A stretch of DNA of 50,729 nt from a virus: positions 1-50,729 of IMG/VR virus record IMGVR_UViG_3300045988_108242; one strand, given 5' to 3'. Positions 9,687-18,708 of this stretch are shown piece after piece. The notes beneath the pieces are model-generated. The model ran no database searches. It saw only the letters and a program-made list of their open reading frames with translations, and was not told the origin of the DNA. Position 1 is the stretch's first letter. Every line of letters begins with the position of its first letter. Position numbers and translations under genes: made by a program.

Positions 9687-9998
9687 CTAAAACTCTTTAC
9701 TATACTTTGCTTCAAGTATTCTTGTTTCTCTTTCTAATCGTTTTTGCTTCTTCTCTACTGCTTTCATTTCTCTTTTGTATTGGTGTTCATCTCTTATAGT
9801 TTGTAACTTTGCAACATGTTTTCTTATTTGCTTTTTTAATACAAGTGTACTTTGTGTATCATAATAAGCATCGAACTTCTCATTGCAAAACGGACATTCT
9901 ATAAATGTCTTTGTTACTTCTGTATTGCCTACAACTTTTTGTTCCTGTTTTAGCGTTAAATCAAATTCCTTGTGGCACTTATCACAAGTTACTTTCAA
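9687..9998 (-). CDS. Zinc-ribbon protein (CxxC...CxxC) with basic coiled-coil tail
   Basis: 103 aa containing CDKC...CPFC. Inserted between the head morphogenesis and scaffold genes. Confidence 0.6.
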   Translation of the reverse strand: MKVTCDKCHKEFDLTLKQEQKVVGNTEVTKTFIECPFCNEKFDAYYDTQSTLVLKKQIRKHVAKLQTIRDEHQYKREMKAVEKKQKRLERETRILEAKYSKEF

Positions 9999-10407
9999 TT
10001 ATATCACCAACCTTTTCAAATGTCAAGCACTCTGTAACAATTTTTTCATTTTCATCAAAATATTTTTTTCCTGCACAAATCTCTTTTAATTTCTCCCTAT
10101 CTTCTCTAACCTTCTTCATAAGTCTATCTTTTTTCTTAATATCTTTTGGGGATACAGTCTGCCCTTTTACATTCTTCTTTGCAACCTCAATAATTAGCTT
10201 TTTAAGACGTTTAAATTCTTTAAGGGTATTTTTATCATCTATCTGTACAAAATCCCTTGTATGGCATCTTACACAATCACAATACATAAGTTTGTAAAAA
10301 TTACCATATTCATCGTGTACGTCCTTTCTAATAAGGTTGCTAGAATCAACCTCAAAAACTTCTCCGCATTTTTTACATACTCTCTTAATTTCCATAGCTG
10401 TTCTCAC
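9982..10407 (-). CDS. Zinc-ribbon protein (CKKC...CDCVRC) with basic tail
   Basis: 141 aa with the same architecture as its downstream neighbour. Overlaps that neighbour by 17 nt. Confidence 0.6.
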   Translation of the reverse strand: MRTAMEIKRVCKKCGEVFEVDSSNLIRKDVHDEYGNFYKLMYCDCVRCHTRDFVQIDDKNTLKEFKRLKKLIIEVAKKNVKGQTVSPKDIKKKDRLMKKVREDREKLKEICAGKKYFDENEKIVTECLTFEKVGDIIESNL

Positions 10408-10415
10408 ATTCCTTT

Positions 10416-11423
10416 CTACTGTATAAAATCCAAAACATATCTATCTATATCTGGATAAGTTCCTGTAGGACTATTATACCACATTCCAATCTTTTGTGCA
10501 ATTGTTTTCATATCATCCGGCATTACTGCTTCAAATGTACACATTCCATTCGGATGGTCTAATGGCAACGCATCTTTAGGAAATACTCCTTCACCTAGTC
10601 CATATTGGTCTGTTTCTGCTCTTTCTCTGCATATATCACACACACGACCATGAAAGTTGCTTGTAAGCCATCTATAGCCAATAACAAATGGGTCGTTTCT
10701 ATTCACATTTTCAAAACTTTGTTGGTATGCATGGCTTATCATTGTTCTTGCTAAACGCTGTGCATTGTAGTCAACTTTTCCAAAATAGAATGTATCTTTT
10801 ATCTTTTCTCCAACATATTGCGCCCTTCCTGCTTCTACGTCACTTTGTCTTGCTATTCTCCAACTCTGTATTGTTCTGCTTTTCTTTTGTGCGCTTGGTT
10901 CTACATAACTTTCAAGCTCTTTTGCTATTTCTAATGCACTTTTTCCTTGTGCCGTTCCGATAGATATAATTCTGTCCAAACTATCTTGTGTTTTTTTGTT
11001 ATATCCCCATATTGCGGCACTAAGACTCCAATCATCTTGATATATATTACCGTTAATAATATTCCTTACAACCATATCTGGAACATATTGAAATGCATTG
11101 TGTATATCAGAATTTTTAAATCCGCATTGTTTTAAGAAATCTCGAATATCAACAACTACTTCATTGCAAACTGTATTCATACTTCGTATAACTCCACCTT
11201 TTATATCTCTGTTTAACTGTTCTATTCTTTGTTTAATATCACGTTTTAAGATTATAAGATTTTGTTTCTGGTAATTTGTATCATTCATATTTGCAACTTT
11301 TTTAGAAACATCTTTGTATAATTGCCTATACATTTTTTGTATTTCTCTTTGCATTTGCATTGTAGTTGTATTTCTTACTTCCTCTGCATTTTTTAGCCTA
11401 AACTTCTGTGCCATTCTGTTCAC
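10416..11423 (-). CDS. Head morphogenesis / minor capsid protein (SPP1 gp7, Mu F-like)
   Basis: 335 aa directly after the portal gene. The C-terminal motif HGRVCDICRERAE...LDHPNGMCTFEAV is typical of the gp7/F family. Confidence 0.8.
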   Translation of the reverse strand: MNRMAQKFRLKNAEEVRNTTTMQMQREIQKMYRQLYKDVSKKVANMNDTNYQKQNLIILKRDIKQRIEQLNRDIKGGVIRSMNTVCNEVVVDIRDFLKQCGFKNSDIHNAFQYVPDMVVRNIINGNIYQDDWSLSAAIWGYNKKTQDSLDRIISIGTAQGKSALEIAKELESYVEPSAQKKSRTIQSWRIARQSDVEAGRAQYVGEKIKDTFYFGKVDYNAQRLARTMISHAYQQSFENVNRNDPFVIGYRWLTSNFHGRVCDICRERAETDQYGLGEGVFPKDALPLDHPNGMCTFEAVMPDDMKTIAQKIGMWYNSPTGTYPDIDRYVLDFIQ

Positions 11424-12981
11424 CCAACTTTGTTTGTGTTTCTATATCATCAATATTGTTTTGAACTTCACCTTCTGTTGTTTGTTTATCCAGTTCACTT
11501 TGTACTTGTGTATTCATGCTCATACTGTCGAACATATTCAATTCAACTGCAATCTGCATAAGTTCCTTCTCAATCTGTTCATCTGTTTTAAACTCTTCTT
11601 TACGCCACTTTTTAATATAGGACTTTCTACTTCGTGCATTAGCGGCTATCTCAGCAAGGTCTGAGTCTTTTTCTGTTTCTTCATCTTCCATCAATGCATA
11701 ATTTTCTACTACCTGTATGTTGTACTGTATTTCTGCAAGTGTTGGAATAACATACAATGTTGAAACAATATCTTTATTCAATTTAGCAAGGTCTAATATT
11801 GTTTCAACAATAAACTCTAATGCAGGACGCCATGCTTTCATCTTTTCATCACATCTAACTTGTAACGGATAATACAACGCTTTCAATGCTTTACCGCTTG
11901 TTATTGTTCCTGCCATTGTTTCTTCACTTATGTTTGGAACATCCACTTCGTTATACATAGCTGTTTTAATTCTTGTGAGCGTTTCTTTTACTGCTTCTGT
12001 ATGGTTCATTTGTGGTGCTAATGTTCCAACCATAGGAGACTTGTTATCAATATTTTGATTCGTTTGTAAATCCCAGTAAGCACCAGCACCACTTGGAAGA
12101 TTTTTTGTCGTGTTTGGACTCATATCTACAGTATATCGAATAGGGTTCATACCTTTTCTTTCACTGTCAATGTCACCGTTACTTAGTCTGCTATATCCTT
12201 CCTCATAGTATGCTAAACTTTCCATTTCAGACACACCACGTTTATCTTGCAATGTCCCATCGTTAAAAATAACAATTGCCGGAATATACTCTAATTCTGT
12301 TTTTATTTCTGCAATAAGCTCCTCTACTGGTTTACCAGAACCATTGTATAGTATAGAACTCATATATATTGCGTTTTCTCTTTCTTCATACCTGTTTACA
12401 AGGTATAATCTTTCACTGGTTGTTTTGCTTTCACTCACATTTTCAAAACTTATAAACTTTGTTAATCTATCAGAACCATATTCTGTTTCATAATAGAATT
12501 GCAAACTGTTATAAAAATGTGTTTGTATTCCATCTTCTTCCGAAAAATCAACTAAACACGCAACACGCTTACCGATAAAACAATCTTTTGCACTCTGTAA
12601 TAATGCTCTTGAAAAATTATTGTTTTTATTATTTAAAACCTTATCAACTAACTTTTGATACTCTTGTGCTTCTGCATTTGCTTGTTCTGTTACATCTATT
12701 GGTTGTACATAGAAATCTGGTGTTTGTGAAAACATAAATCTTGCTTCTTTGTCTATCAATGTTTTCGCAATCTTGAATTTAATGTTTGATGGAACATAAT
12801 CTCCGGCACTACCTTCTGTATAAAATTTAGCACCTTCTTTATAATCTATATAGTTCTGTTGTATTTGTAACAATTCTCTTGTATATATATTATATCCTGT
12901 TTTTATCTCATTTCTTAAAACAAAATAAGGAAAATTACATAACGCTGTAGTTACTTCTACTCCATATTGTTTACCTTTCAC
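11398..12981 (-). CDS. Portal protein (SPP1 gp6-like)
   Basis: 527 aa. The motif YKEGAKFYTEGSAGDYVPSNIKFKIAKTLIDKEARFMFSQTPDF is portal-like. It uses a GTG start 7 nt after AAAGGAG. Confidence 0.9.
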   Translation of the reverse strand: MKGKQYGVEVTTALCNFPYFVLRNEIKTGYNIYTRELLQIQQNYIDYKEGAKFYTEGSAGDYVPSNIKFKIAKTLIDKEARFMFSQTPDFYVQPIDVTEQANAEAQEYQKLVDKVLNNKNNNFSRALLQSAKDCFIGKRVACLVDFSEEDGIQTHFYNSLQFYYETEYGSDRLTKFISFENVSESKTTSERLYLVNRYEERENAIYMSSILYNGSGKPVEELIAEIKTELEYIPAIVIFNDGTLQDKRGVSEMESLAYYEEGYSRLSNGDIDSERKGMNPIRYTVDMSPNTTKNLPSGAGAYWDLQTNQNIDNKSPMVGTLAPQMNHTEAVKETLTRIKTAMYNEVDVPNISEETMAGTITSGKALKALYYPLQVRCDEKMKAWRPALEFIVETILDLAKLNKDIVSTLYVIPTLAEIQYNIQVVENYALMEDEETEKDSDLAEIAANARSRKSYIKKWRKEEFKTDEQIEKELMQIAVELNMFDSMSMNTQVQSELDKQTTEGEVQNNIDDIETQTKLGEQNGTEV

Positions 12982-13012
12982 TGTTATACTCCTTTCTTTT
13001 GTTGTTAATATT

Positions 13013-13041
13013 ATTATATATTGTTATTTTATGTTTGTCAA
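13013..13041 (-). promoter_or_regulatory. Sigma-A-type promoter upstream of the portal gene (TTGACA-17-TATAAT)
   Basis: -35 at 13041..13036, -10 at 13018..13013, 17-nt spacer. Followed by the leader ...AACAACAAAAGAAAGGAG. Confidence 0.75.
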
Positions 13042-13083
13042 TATATATTATATATAATATTCTTTTTATTTATTTCTTTTATA

Positions 13084-13115
13084 CTTTTACAAGCTTCTAT
13101 TTTACGATTTAAGGC
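13084..13115 (-). repeat. Conserved junction element, copy A
   Basis: Minus strand reads CCTTAAATCGTAAAATAGAAGCTTGTAAAAG. It shares CTTAAATCGT with copies B and C, and AAATAGAAGCTT with copy E. Confidence 0.7.
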
Positions 13116-13120
13116 TGTTT

Positions 13121-13149
13121 ATAATAATAGGGCGGTATTTCTACCACCC
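13121..13149 (-). terminator. Possible intrinsic terminator after the endolysin gene
   Basis: Stem GGGTGGT/ACCGCCC with one mismatch and a 6-nt loop, followed on the minus strand by TATTATTAT. A weak candidate. Confidence 0.35.
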
Positions 13150-13184
13150 CACTAATAAAAATGCTTATATGCCTTAAATAAACG

Positions 13185-14189
13185 CTACTGAATGTATAAC
13201 TGGAACTTATCTATTGCTATTCCAAATTCTCCTGCATATCCATCCATACCACCACTTGTAAAGTTGTCTATCTGTTCACTGTAATATGCTTTACTTGCTA
13301 TCGGAGAAACTCTATAACGTGCCTGTTGGTATTCATACCCATCTGGTGTTATATAATATACTTCTACTGCATCTATTGTTCTTCCATCCCCTGCATATCC
13401 ATTGTTGAAATCATTTATATTACATCCTGTTACATATGGCAACCACCCAACACCTAGGACATGCACCCTGTATTTAACAGAGCCTTTATCTACTTTTATT
13501 GCAACACCTGTTATAGGTACTCCATCTCCTGCGCCTGCAAAACCATTGCAATTTACATCATTTTTGTTTGTTATAAAATCCCACCATCTGTTTCCATTTG
13601 TTTGTACTGCATATGTAGCATTTACTTGTCCTAGACTTTTGTTACGTGCTGTATTTGTTTCTACACTGTAGTTTGTTTTTATACTACTTACTGTACCGTT
13701 TATAATATCCCTTTTGAATGTATTCCAGATACTAGAATCTTTTCCACCAGTACCCCAACCATTCCATCCCGGGCACTGTTTTGTGCATACATCCCAATGC
13801 CGTACTACATTACTTGCCGGAATATTATATTTGTTCATAAGGTACTTTGTAAGTTCTACTACGTTCTTGTAAGTTGCTTCTGCAATAACTCCATTTGTAC
13901 TACACATTTCTATGTTAATACAATTATAGTTTGTTACTTTTCCAAAAAGATTATTGCTACCATAATTTACACCAACACCCCATGAGATGTTGTTATCTTC
14001 TACACACTGGTATATGCTGTTTTCATCAACAAAATAATGTGCGCTACCTCCTCTATATACATCACGGAAATAGTTCGCATTATTTTTAGCCGTATCTGTA
14101 TAATTGCCTGTGTAATGAATTACAATGTATCTTTTTGTATTTCCACCATTTTCAAAATTAACTTTTGTTAAGTCCCGTATGATATTCAT
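13185..14189 (-). CDS. Endolysin: N-acetylmuramoyl-L-alanine amidase (Amidase_2/PGRP) with C-terminal ChW-like wall-binding repeats
   Basis: 334 aa. The N-terminal pattern YIVIHYTGN..SAHYFVD..NIEMC..VVRHWDV..KQCP is the amidase_2 pattern. The C-terminal G.GW..YV...G..G.G..I.A repeats resemble clostridial ChW repeats. AAGGAGG lies upstream. Confidence 0.85.
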   Translation of the reverse strand: MNIIRDLTKVNFENGGNTKRYIVIHYTGNYTDTAKNNANYFRDVYRGGSAHYFVDENSIYQCVEDNNISWGVGVNYGSNNLFGKVTNYNCINIEMCSTNGVIAEATYKNVVELTKYLMNKYNIPASNVVRHWDVCTKQCPGWNGWGTGGKDSSIWNTFKRDIINGTVSSIKTNYSVETNTARNKSLGQVNATYAVQTNGNRWWDFITNKNDVNCNGFAGAGDGVPITGVAIKVDKGSVKYRVHVLGVGWLPYVTGCNINDFNNGYAGDGRTIDAVEVYYITPDGYEYQQARYRVSPIASKAYYSEQIDNFTSGGMDGYAGEFGIAIDKFQLYIQ

Positions 14190-14243
14190 TTGCCTTTAGA
14201 CCTCCTTATTTGCCAATTTAAGACATTTTAATTATTAGAACAA

Positions 14244-14477
14244 CTATTCCTCTGCTTCTACCTCTGAAATCCCTGCAATAGACGTAAGAACACTTACAAC
14301 ACCAGATATTACACTTGCAGAAAGCACCATTTTCCAGTCTACAGAACTAACTAATGTCGCAGAACTAATAACTCCTACAGCGGTTTGCGCCATTGTTTTA
14401 ATGGCTCTTATTCCTGCCGCTTTACACCACTTTACTGTATTCACATTCGGTTTAAATACACAATTCTTAAACATCAT
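14244..14477 (-). CDS. Holin (two TM segments, charged C-terminus)
   Basis: The track ORF 14244..14495 is trimmed to the ATG at 14477, which lies 5 nt after GGAGG. The pattern AAGIRAIKTMAQTAVGVI...VLSASVISGVVSVLTSIAG is holin-like, and the gene sits directly upstream of the amidase. Confidence 0.7.
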   Translation of the reverse strand: MMFKNCVFKPNVNTVKWCKAAGIRAIKTMAQTAVGVISSATLVSSVDWKMVLSASVISGVVSVLTSIAGISEVEAEE

Positions 14478-14799
14478 TTTTTCCTCCATTTCCATTTTGA
14501 ATCTTACATAATTTTAAATCATTTTTCACTTTCACAATTTCTAATTCGTGCCTGTCTAATACTTCCCACTGTTCTCTTTGCCCTTTCTTAACATGTTCTT
14601 TGTATTCTTCAATTTCTCTATTCTGTTTCTCTAATTTATCGTTCTGGTCTTTTATTTCTTTTGCAAGTTGTTCCACTTTTAATGTTAACTCTGTCATTGC
14701 TTTTGTGTTTTGGTTCAATGGTCTGTATATTGCTGTGAATATTCCGATTAAAGAACTTAACCCTATTACCACAATACCAATCATTTCCGCAGTTGTCAC
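14467..14799 (-). CDS. Membrane-anchored coiled-coil protein in the lysis cassette (XhlA-like position)
   Basis: 110 aa with an N-terminal TM segment (IGIVVIGLSSLIGIFTAI) followed by a coiled coil. Precedes the holin. Confidence 0.5.
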   Translation of the reverse strand: MTTAEMIGIVVIGLSSLIGIFTAIYRPLNQNTKAMTELTLKVEQLAKEIKDQNDKLEKQNREIEEYKEHVKKGQREQWEVLDRHELEIVKVKNDLKLCKIQNGNGGKNDV

Positions 14800-14814
14800 A
14801 TTGTTATACCTCCT

Positions 14815-15366
14815 TTAATTTCCAATCGCAATCCAATTGTATGTCGTGCTAGTCATGAATTTGTATTCATCCATTGTTTCTGTCCAATTAAATATTCCTC
14901 CAGACACGCTAAAACCAGACCTATCTGTGATTCCGCAAGATTTTGAGTACACGCTGTAATCACCACAGAATGTCACCTTTGCTTCTTCTACATCTTCGGA
15001 ATACACAGCAGTAACAACACCTACTGATGTGATTTTATCGGCATAGATTATCAGCTTATCAATCTTAGACAAGCCAGTATTGATAGTATGAGATGATGTT
15101 GTTCCTGTTACCACCTTTGTGCCATCACCACTAGATGCTTCCATCGTTCCAACAATTCGCTGTCCACTACTATCATGAGCTGTGACACCAGCCAGCAGAT
15201 TTTCTGGTGCTACAGTGTCTTCTGCAAGATTTATCAGCGCACCAACTATTTGTTTTCCTGTTTTATCATGAGCCAAAGCATCCTCTAAAAGCTGGTCTTC
15301 TGTTACTGTATCCTCCGTCAAATCAAGTAATACCTTGCCTGCATATTCTACTTTATTTACTGCCAT
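14815..15366 (-). CDS. Fibre-like repeat protein (paralogue of 15379..15954)
   Basis: 183 aa with two copies of the DLTEDTVT..LL.G.TAHD..G..IVG repeat. The N-terminus MAVNKVEYAGKVLLDL parallels MSINKVVYGGKTLIDL in its paralogue. Confidence 0.55.
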   Translation of the reverse strand: MAVNKVEYAGKVLLDLTEDTVTEDQLLEDALAHDKTGKQIVGALINLAEDTVAPENLLAGVTAHDSSGQRIVGTMEASSGDGTKVVTGTTSSHTINTGLSKIDKLIIYADKITSVGVVTAVYSEDVEEAKVTFCGDYSVYSKSCGITDRSGFSVSGGIFNWTETMDEYKFMTSTTYNWIAIGN

Positions 15367-15378
15367 GTTTAATCACTC

Positions 15379-15954
15379 CTATCCAATCGTTACCGTAGTT
15401 CCACCAGCAGAATTTTCGGATTCCACATAAGGAATCTTTTCAACTGTAACCTGTGACAGATGCGTATATCCGGTATCCGGAAGAATGGTCTGTTGTACGC
15501 TTGACGGAATGACTGTCTTAGCCTGTGCTTTTACACCCTCACTTCCTGACATACTACCTTTAACACCAAGAATTGTTACACCCTCACGAATGTTCTGTGC
15601 AAGAATCTTTGCTTGCTCTGTCGCATCAATTCCAACCTTTCCAGAACCATCATGATATCCCTGTGGGATTGTATATGAACCATCTTTTGTGATGATTTTA
15701 CCTGTAACAGCTCCATTGTTTGGCATTGTTCCAACAAGCTTTGTACCTCTTGCATAAGCTGTTTTGCCTTTTAAAATCTCTGCAACTGCGGCAGTTGCAT
15801 CATTAGAATCTACGTCAAACGTACACACTCCTGTGACAAATTCTCCGTCTTTTCCATGTGCCGTGATACCGCTCAACAGCTTATCCTCAGTAACAGTATC
15901 GCCAGTCAGATCAATCAATGTCTTTCCACCATATACTACTTTGTTAATACTCAT
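15379..15954 (-). CDS. Fibre-like repeat protein
   Basis: 191 aa with the same N-terminal repeats, then KTVIPSSVQQTILPDTGYTHLSQVTVEKIPYVESENSAGGTTVTIG at the C-terminus. Confidence 0.55.
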   Translation of the reverse strand: MSINKVVYGGKTLIDLTGDTVTEDKLLSGITAHGKDGEFVTGVCTFDVDSNDATAAVAEILKGKTAYARGTKLVGTMPNNGAVTGKIITKDGSYTIPQGYHDGSGKVGIDATEQAKILAQNIREGVTILGVKGSMSGSEGVKAQAKTVIPSSVQQTILPDTGYTHLSQVTVEKIPYVESENSAGGTTVTIG

Positions 15955-15957
15955 ATT

Positions 15958-16248
15958 TTACAATTCCTTTCCAATAAATACAGTCTGCCCACCTTCAAGA
16001 TTTGACACCTCGAAGAATGGAATTTCTTTGATTTTTACGTTTTCTGTCAGAAACTTTTGACGTGTCGCAAGCTCTTGTTTTTCCACTTTTGGTGTAACCG
16101 TATAGTTTCCTTTGTAGTAATCCACTCCAACATTATCTGATACAACCTGTAAGTGTTCAAAGTCAACTTTAATCTTCTCATTTCTTGTTCGAAAATCCAC
16201 GTTCAGTTTTTTGTCAAGCTCTTGAAATGTTACGTCAAATCGCATCAA
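15958..16248 (-). CDS. Small protein sharing the C-terminal IP(Y/F).E..N..GG.TV.IG motif
   Basis: 96 aa. Its C-terminus TVTPKVEKQELATRQKFLTENVKIKEIPFFEVSNLEGGQTVFIG aligns with the C-terminus of 15379..15954. Confidence 0.55.
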   Translation of the reverse strand: MMRFDVTFQELDKKLNVDFRTRNEKIKVDFEHLQVVSDNVGVDYYKGNYTVTPKVEKQELATRQKFLTENVKIKEIPFFEVSNLEGGQTVFIGKEL

Positions 16249-16568
16249 ATCACCCCATCTTTCAAGATTCTACCAACAGATATACTCATGATGTTTGATG
16301 CAAGAGCCTCCCCAGCTACAGTCCGCACTCTTATCTGCATCTCACCATCCGTATGCGGCTTCTGTTCTAATCTTAGTGTGTCCTCTTGTGTTAGAGCAAG
16401 TGAAACGAGTGTACCAGAACAATTACAATCTGATAAGTTTTTTTCCAACATTGTGACGCCATTCTGCGTTATCGTGATGTACATTTCCGCAATCAATGAT
16501 GTATCGAACGGAAGTGTAAACTCTAACATAGGTGTTGTTCCTCTTATCATTCTATCACCTCCAAACAC
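16245..16568 (-). CDS. Small beta-sandwich-like structural protein (putative)
   Basis: 107 aa. The pattern RGTTPMLEFTLPFD...LTQEDTLRL..G.MQIRV resembles small Ig-like phage structural proteins. Has an ATGA-type overlap with its neighbour. Confidence 0.45.
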   Translation of the reverse strand: MFGGDRMIRGTTPMLEFTLPFDTSLIAEMYITITQNGVTMLEKNLSDCNCSGTLVSLALTQEDTLRLEQKPHTDGEMQIRVRTVAGEALASNIMSISVGRILKDGVI

Positions 16569-16577
16569 TTTGTACCG

Positions 16578-16835
16578 TTATAATCCTGTACCTCTTCTAA
16601 TTATTCCATTTGCTATTGTTCTTCCTGTTCCCTGTTCTTCTTTTGTTTCAATACTTACTGGTTCTTTTTCATATGTTTTAAACTCTGGCTCTCTATCCTC
16701 TACAACTGCAAGTGCTAGTTCCAATCCATTATGCAAACCACAGCTATAATCATCTGTTATGTTCTGTACTTGCATTTCTTTTAACATTCCTATTGTTTCA
16801 TGTATTCTCCTGTATTCTTTCCAATATTTAAACAT
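16578..16835 (-). CDS. Hypothetical protein
   Basis: 85 aa, the first gene after terL. Junction element copy E supplies its upstream region. Confidence 0.55.
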   Translation of the reverse strand: MFKYWKEYRRIHETIGMLKEMQVQNITDDYSCGLHNGLELALAVVEDREPEFKTYEKEPVSIETKEEQGTGRTIANGIIRRGTGL

Positions 16836-16844
16836 TCTCTTATA

Positions 16845-16877
16845 CCTCTCTAAGCTTCTATTTGCCGTTTTAAAGCG
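16845..16877 (-). repeat. Conserved junction element, copy E
   Basis: Minus strand reads CGCTTTAAAACGGCAAATAGAAGCTTAGAGAGG. Located between the terL stop and the next ATG. Confidence 0.65.
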
Positions 16878-16903
16878 ATTTCTTTTAGTAGGTTTGCAAT
16901 TCC

Positions 16904-18262
16904 TTATCCTACCTTTGTATTTGCCTTATAATCCTTTAAATCGGCTACTGTATAATTGTTCAATGCATACCACAGGGCTGAAAGTACGTGGCTATCGATG
17001 TTAAATTCATCATATATTATATTACCTTGTTTATCTTTTGCATATGTTAAATCTTTTAACTCCCTTATAGAATTCTTACATTTTGGTGAACATACAATTT
17101 TGTGAAATCTCTTGACTTTCTTTGTCCCTGCAAGCCTACTACCGGGGAACTTTTTACAAGCATACATTGTAAATCCTTCCTGTCGATAATACTGTATATC
17201 TTTTGGAGATGCACTATCGGCAAATATTGGTTGGTTACATCTTTCTGCTCTTTCCTTTACTTTCTGCACACTGTCAAGCTTGCTGAATTTATCATCTGTT
17301 ATATGGTTTCTATACACTTCATCATAGATATATAATATTTTGTTTGTATCATCTACCGCACAACTTATCAATGCATTATAACTTGTTTCAAATCCAAAAT
17401 CCAAACCAAAGAAATGATAATGTGCTGGTATGCTGTTTACCGCATTTGCAAACTCTTTTGCGTTCTTTGCAACTGTAAATTTTGGTAGCACTCTCAAACC
17501 ACTTGCTCCAAACCTTCCCCACCTTGCGACAAGCCATAAATGCATATCGCTATTCTTTAGACTATCCAAACGTTTTATATAACTATCTGGCAAAAATGGA
17601 TTATCGTCCGGCAAACTATGATGATAATACACACCATTCTTTTTATTTACAAGTGTGCGCTTTTTGTATACCTCTTTTTCACTTTGTATTATATGTTCTT
17701 TTCCCTTTTCATCTGTATGTACAAAAAATGTATCATACACCCAGTTCTCTTTCCCGATAGGGTTTGTTGTCATTATGAAATGTAATGTTTTATTCGGTTC
17801 ACGAACACGCCCTAAAAGCTCTGTATATGCCGCAAATGTTATCTCACTACATTCTTCCATCCATACAATACTAACACCATGTACAGACTTAATCTTTTCT
17901 ACATTGTCCAATCCTTTGAATATTATCCTACTGCCATTAGGAAAACGTATCTCCATCGGACTTGCTATTGCTATTACTTCACCATTTGTACTGCTTGTGT
18001 ATCGTGCTTCTCTGGAAGATAAAATTCCTAAACCAGTTAGGATTTCTTTGAATAATGCAAAACAACTTTCACGTATTGTATCCTTTACCTGTCTTACTAC
18101 GAGTGCTGTTCTTTTCTCTTCCAACAATTTAAGTATAATCTTTAACGCTACATGATATGACTTACCAGAACCATACCCACCAAATAATAAATATTGTTCA
18201 TACTCCCAGTCTGTCAAAAAATTTGCAAAACGATTAGAAACATCAATGTTCAATTCTGACAT
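16904..18262 (-). CDS. terL: Terminase large subunit (PBSX/XtmB-like)
   Basis: 452 aa with Walker A (LLFGGYGSGKS) and a C-terminal nuclease region carrying conserved acidic residues. Confidence 0.9.
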   Translation of the reverse strand: MSELNIDVSNRFANFLTDWEYEQYLLFGGYGSGKSYHVALKIILKLLEEKRTALVVRQVKDTIRESCFALFKEILTGLGILSSREARYTSSTNGEVIAIASPMEIRFPNGSRIIFKGLDNVEKIKSVHGVSIVWMEECSEITFAAYTELLGRVREPNKTLHFIMTTNPIGKENWVYDTFFVHTDEKGKEHIIQSEKEVYKKRTLVNKKNGVYYHHSLPDDNPFLPDSYIKRLDSLKNSDMHLWLVARWGRFGASGLRVLPKFTVAKNAKEFANAVNSIPAHYHFFGLDFGFETSYNALISCAVDDTNKILYIYDEVYRNHITDDKFSKLDSVQKVKERAERCNQPIFADSASPKDIQYYRQEGFTMYACKKFPGSRLAGTKKVKRFHKIVCSPKCKNSIRELKDLTYAKDKQGNIIYDEFNIDSHVLSALWYALNNYTVADLKDYKANTKVG

Positions 18263-18331
18263 TTGTTTCCTCTCCTTTTATACAACTATAAGCAAGACAT
18301 AGCTTTTATCTACTACACCTTGCTTATAATT

Positions 18332-18360
18332 ATTATACCATATTTATTTTTGTTATGCAA
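18332..18360 (-). promoter_or_regulatory. Sigma-A-type promoter upstream of terL (TTGCAT-17-TGGTATAAT)
   Basis: -35 at 18360..18355, -10 at 18337..18332. A perfect 10-bp inverted repeat, TATAAGCAAG/CTTGCTTATA (18287..18296 / 18319..18328), begins around the predicted +1. Confidence 0.65.
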
Positions 18361-18363
18361 TAA

Positions 18364-18657
18364 TTATTTTAAAATATTTTCTAAGATATCATTTAATATG
18401 TCTACTGCCATTTCTTTGGTTGATTCATTCATATGCTTTTTGTATTTCTCACCATGAACCAACTCCATACATTCATCCCTATAAATCAATAACACTTGCA
18501 TCTTACGTTGCATCTCTTTTTCTTCGTTTTCATCTTTTGGTTCTTTTTGAATAGTTTCGGATAATAGATAATTCAAAATAACTGACATACTTTCTAAAAG
18601 TGTATCCTGTTTCTTTTCCATTCTTTCTAATGTTTTAATCACTTTATTTTCTTCCAT
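18364..18657 (-). CDS. Hypothetical acidic protein
   Basis: The track ORF 18364..18672 is trimmed to the ATG at 18657, which lies 7 nt after GGAGG. The first ATG at 18672 has no SD. Confidence 0.55.
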   Translation of the reverse strand: MEENKVIKTLERMEKKQDTLLESMSVILNYLLSETIQKEPKDENEEKEMQRKMQVLLIYRDECMELVHGEKYKKHMNESTKEMAVDILNDILENILK

Positions 18658-18708
18658 TTCTTTTCCCTCCATATTGGTTTATTTGTTTTCTATAGGCTTA
18701 TGCCTAAA

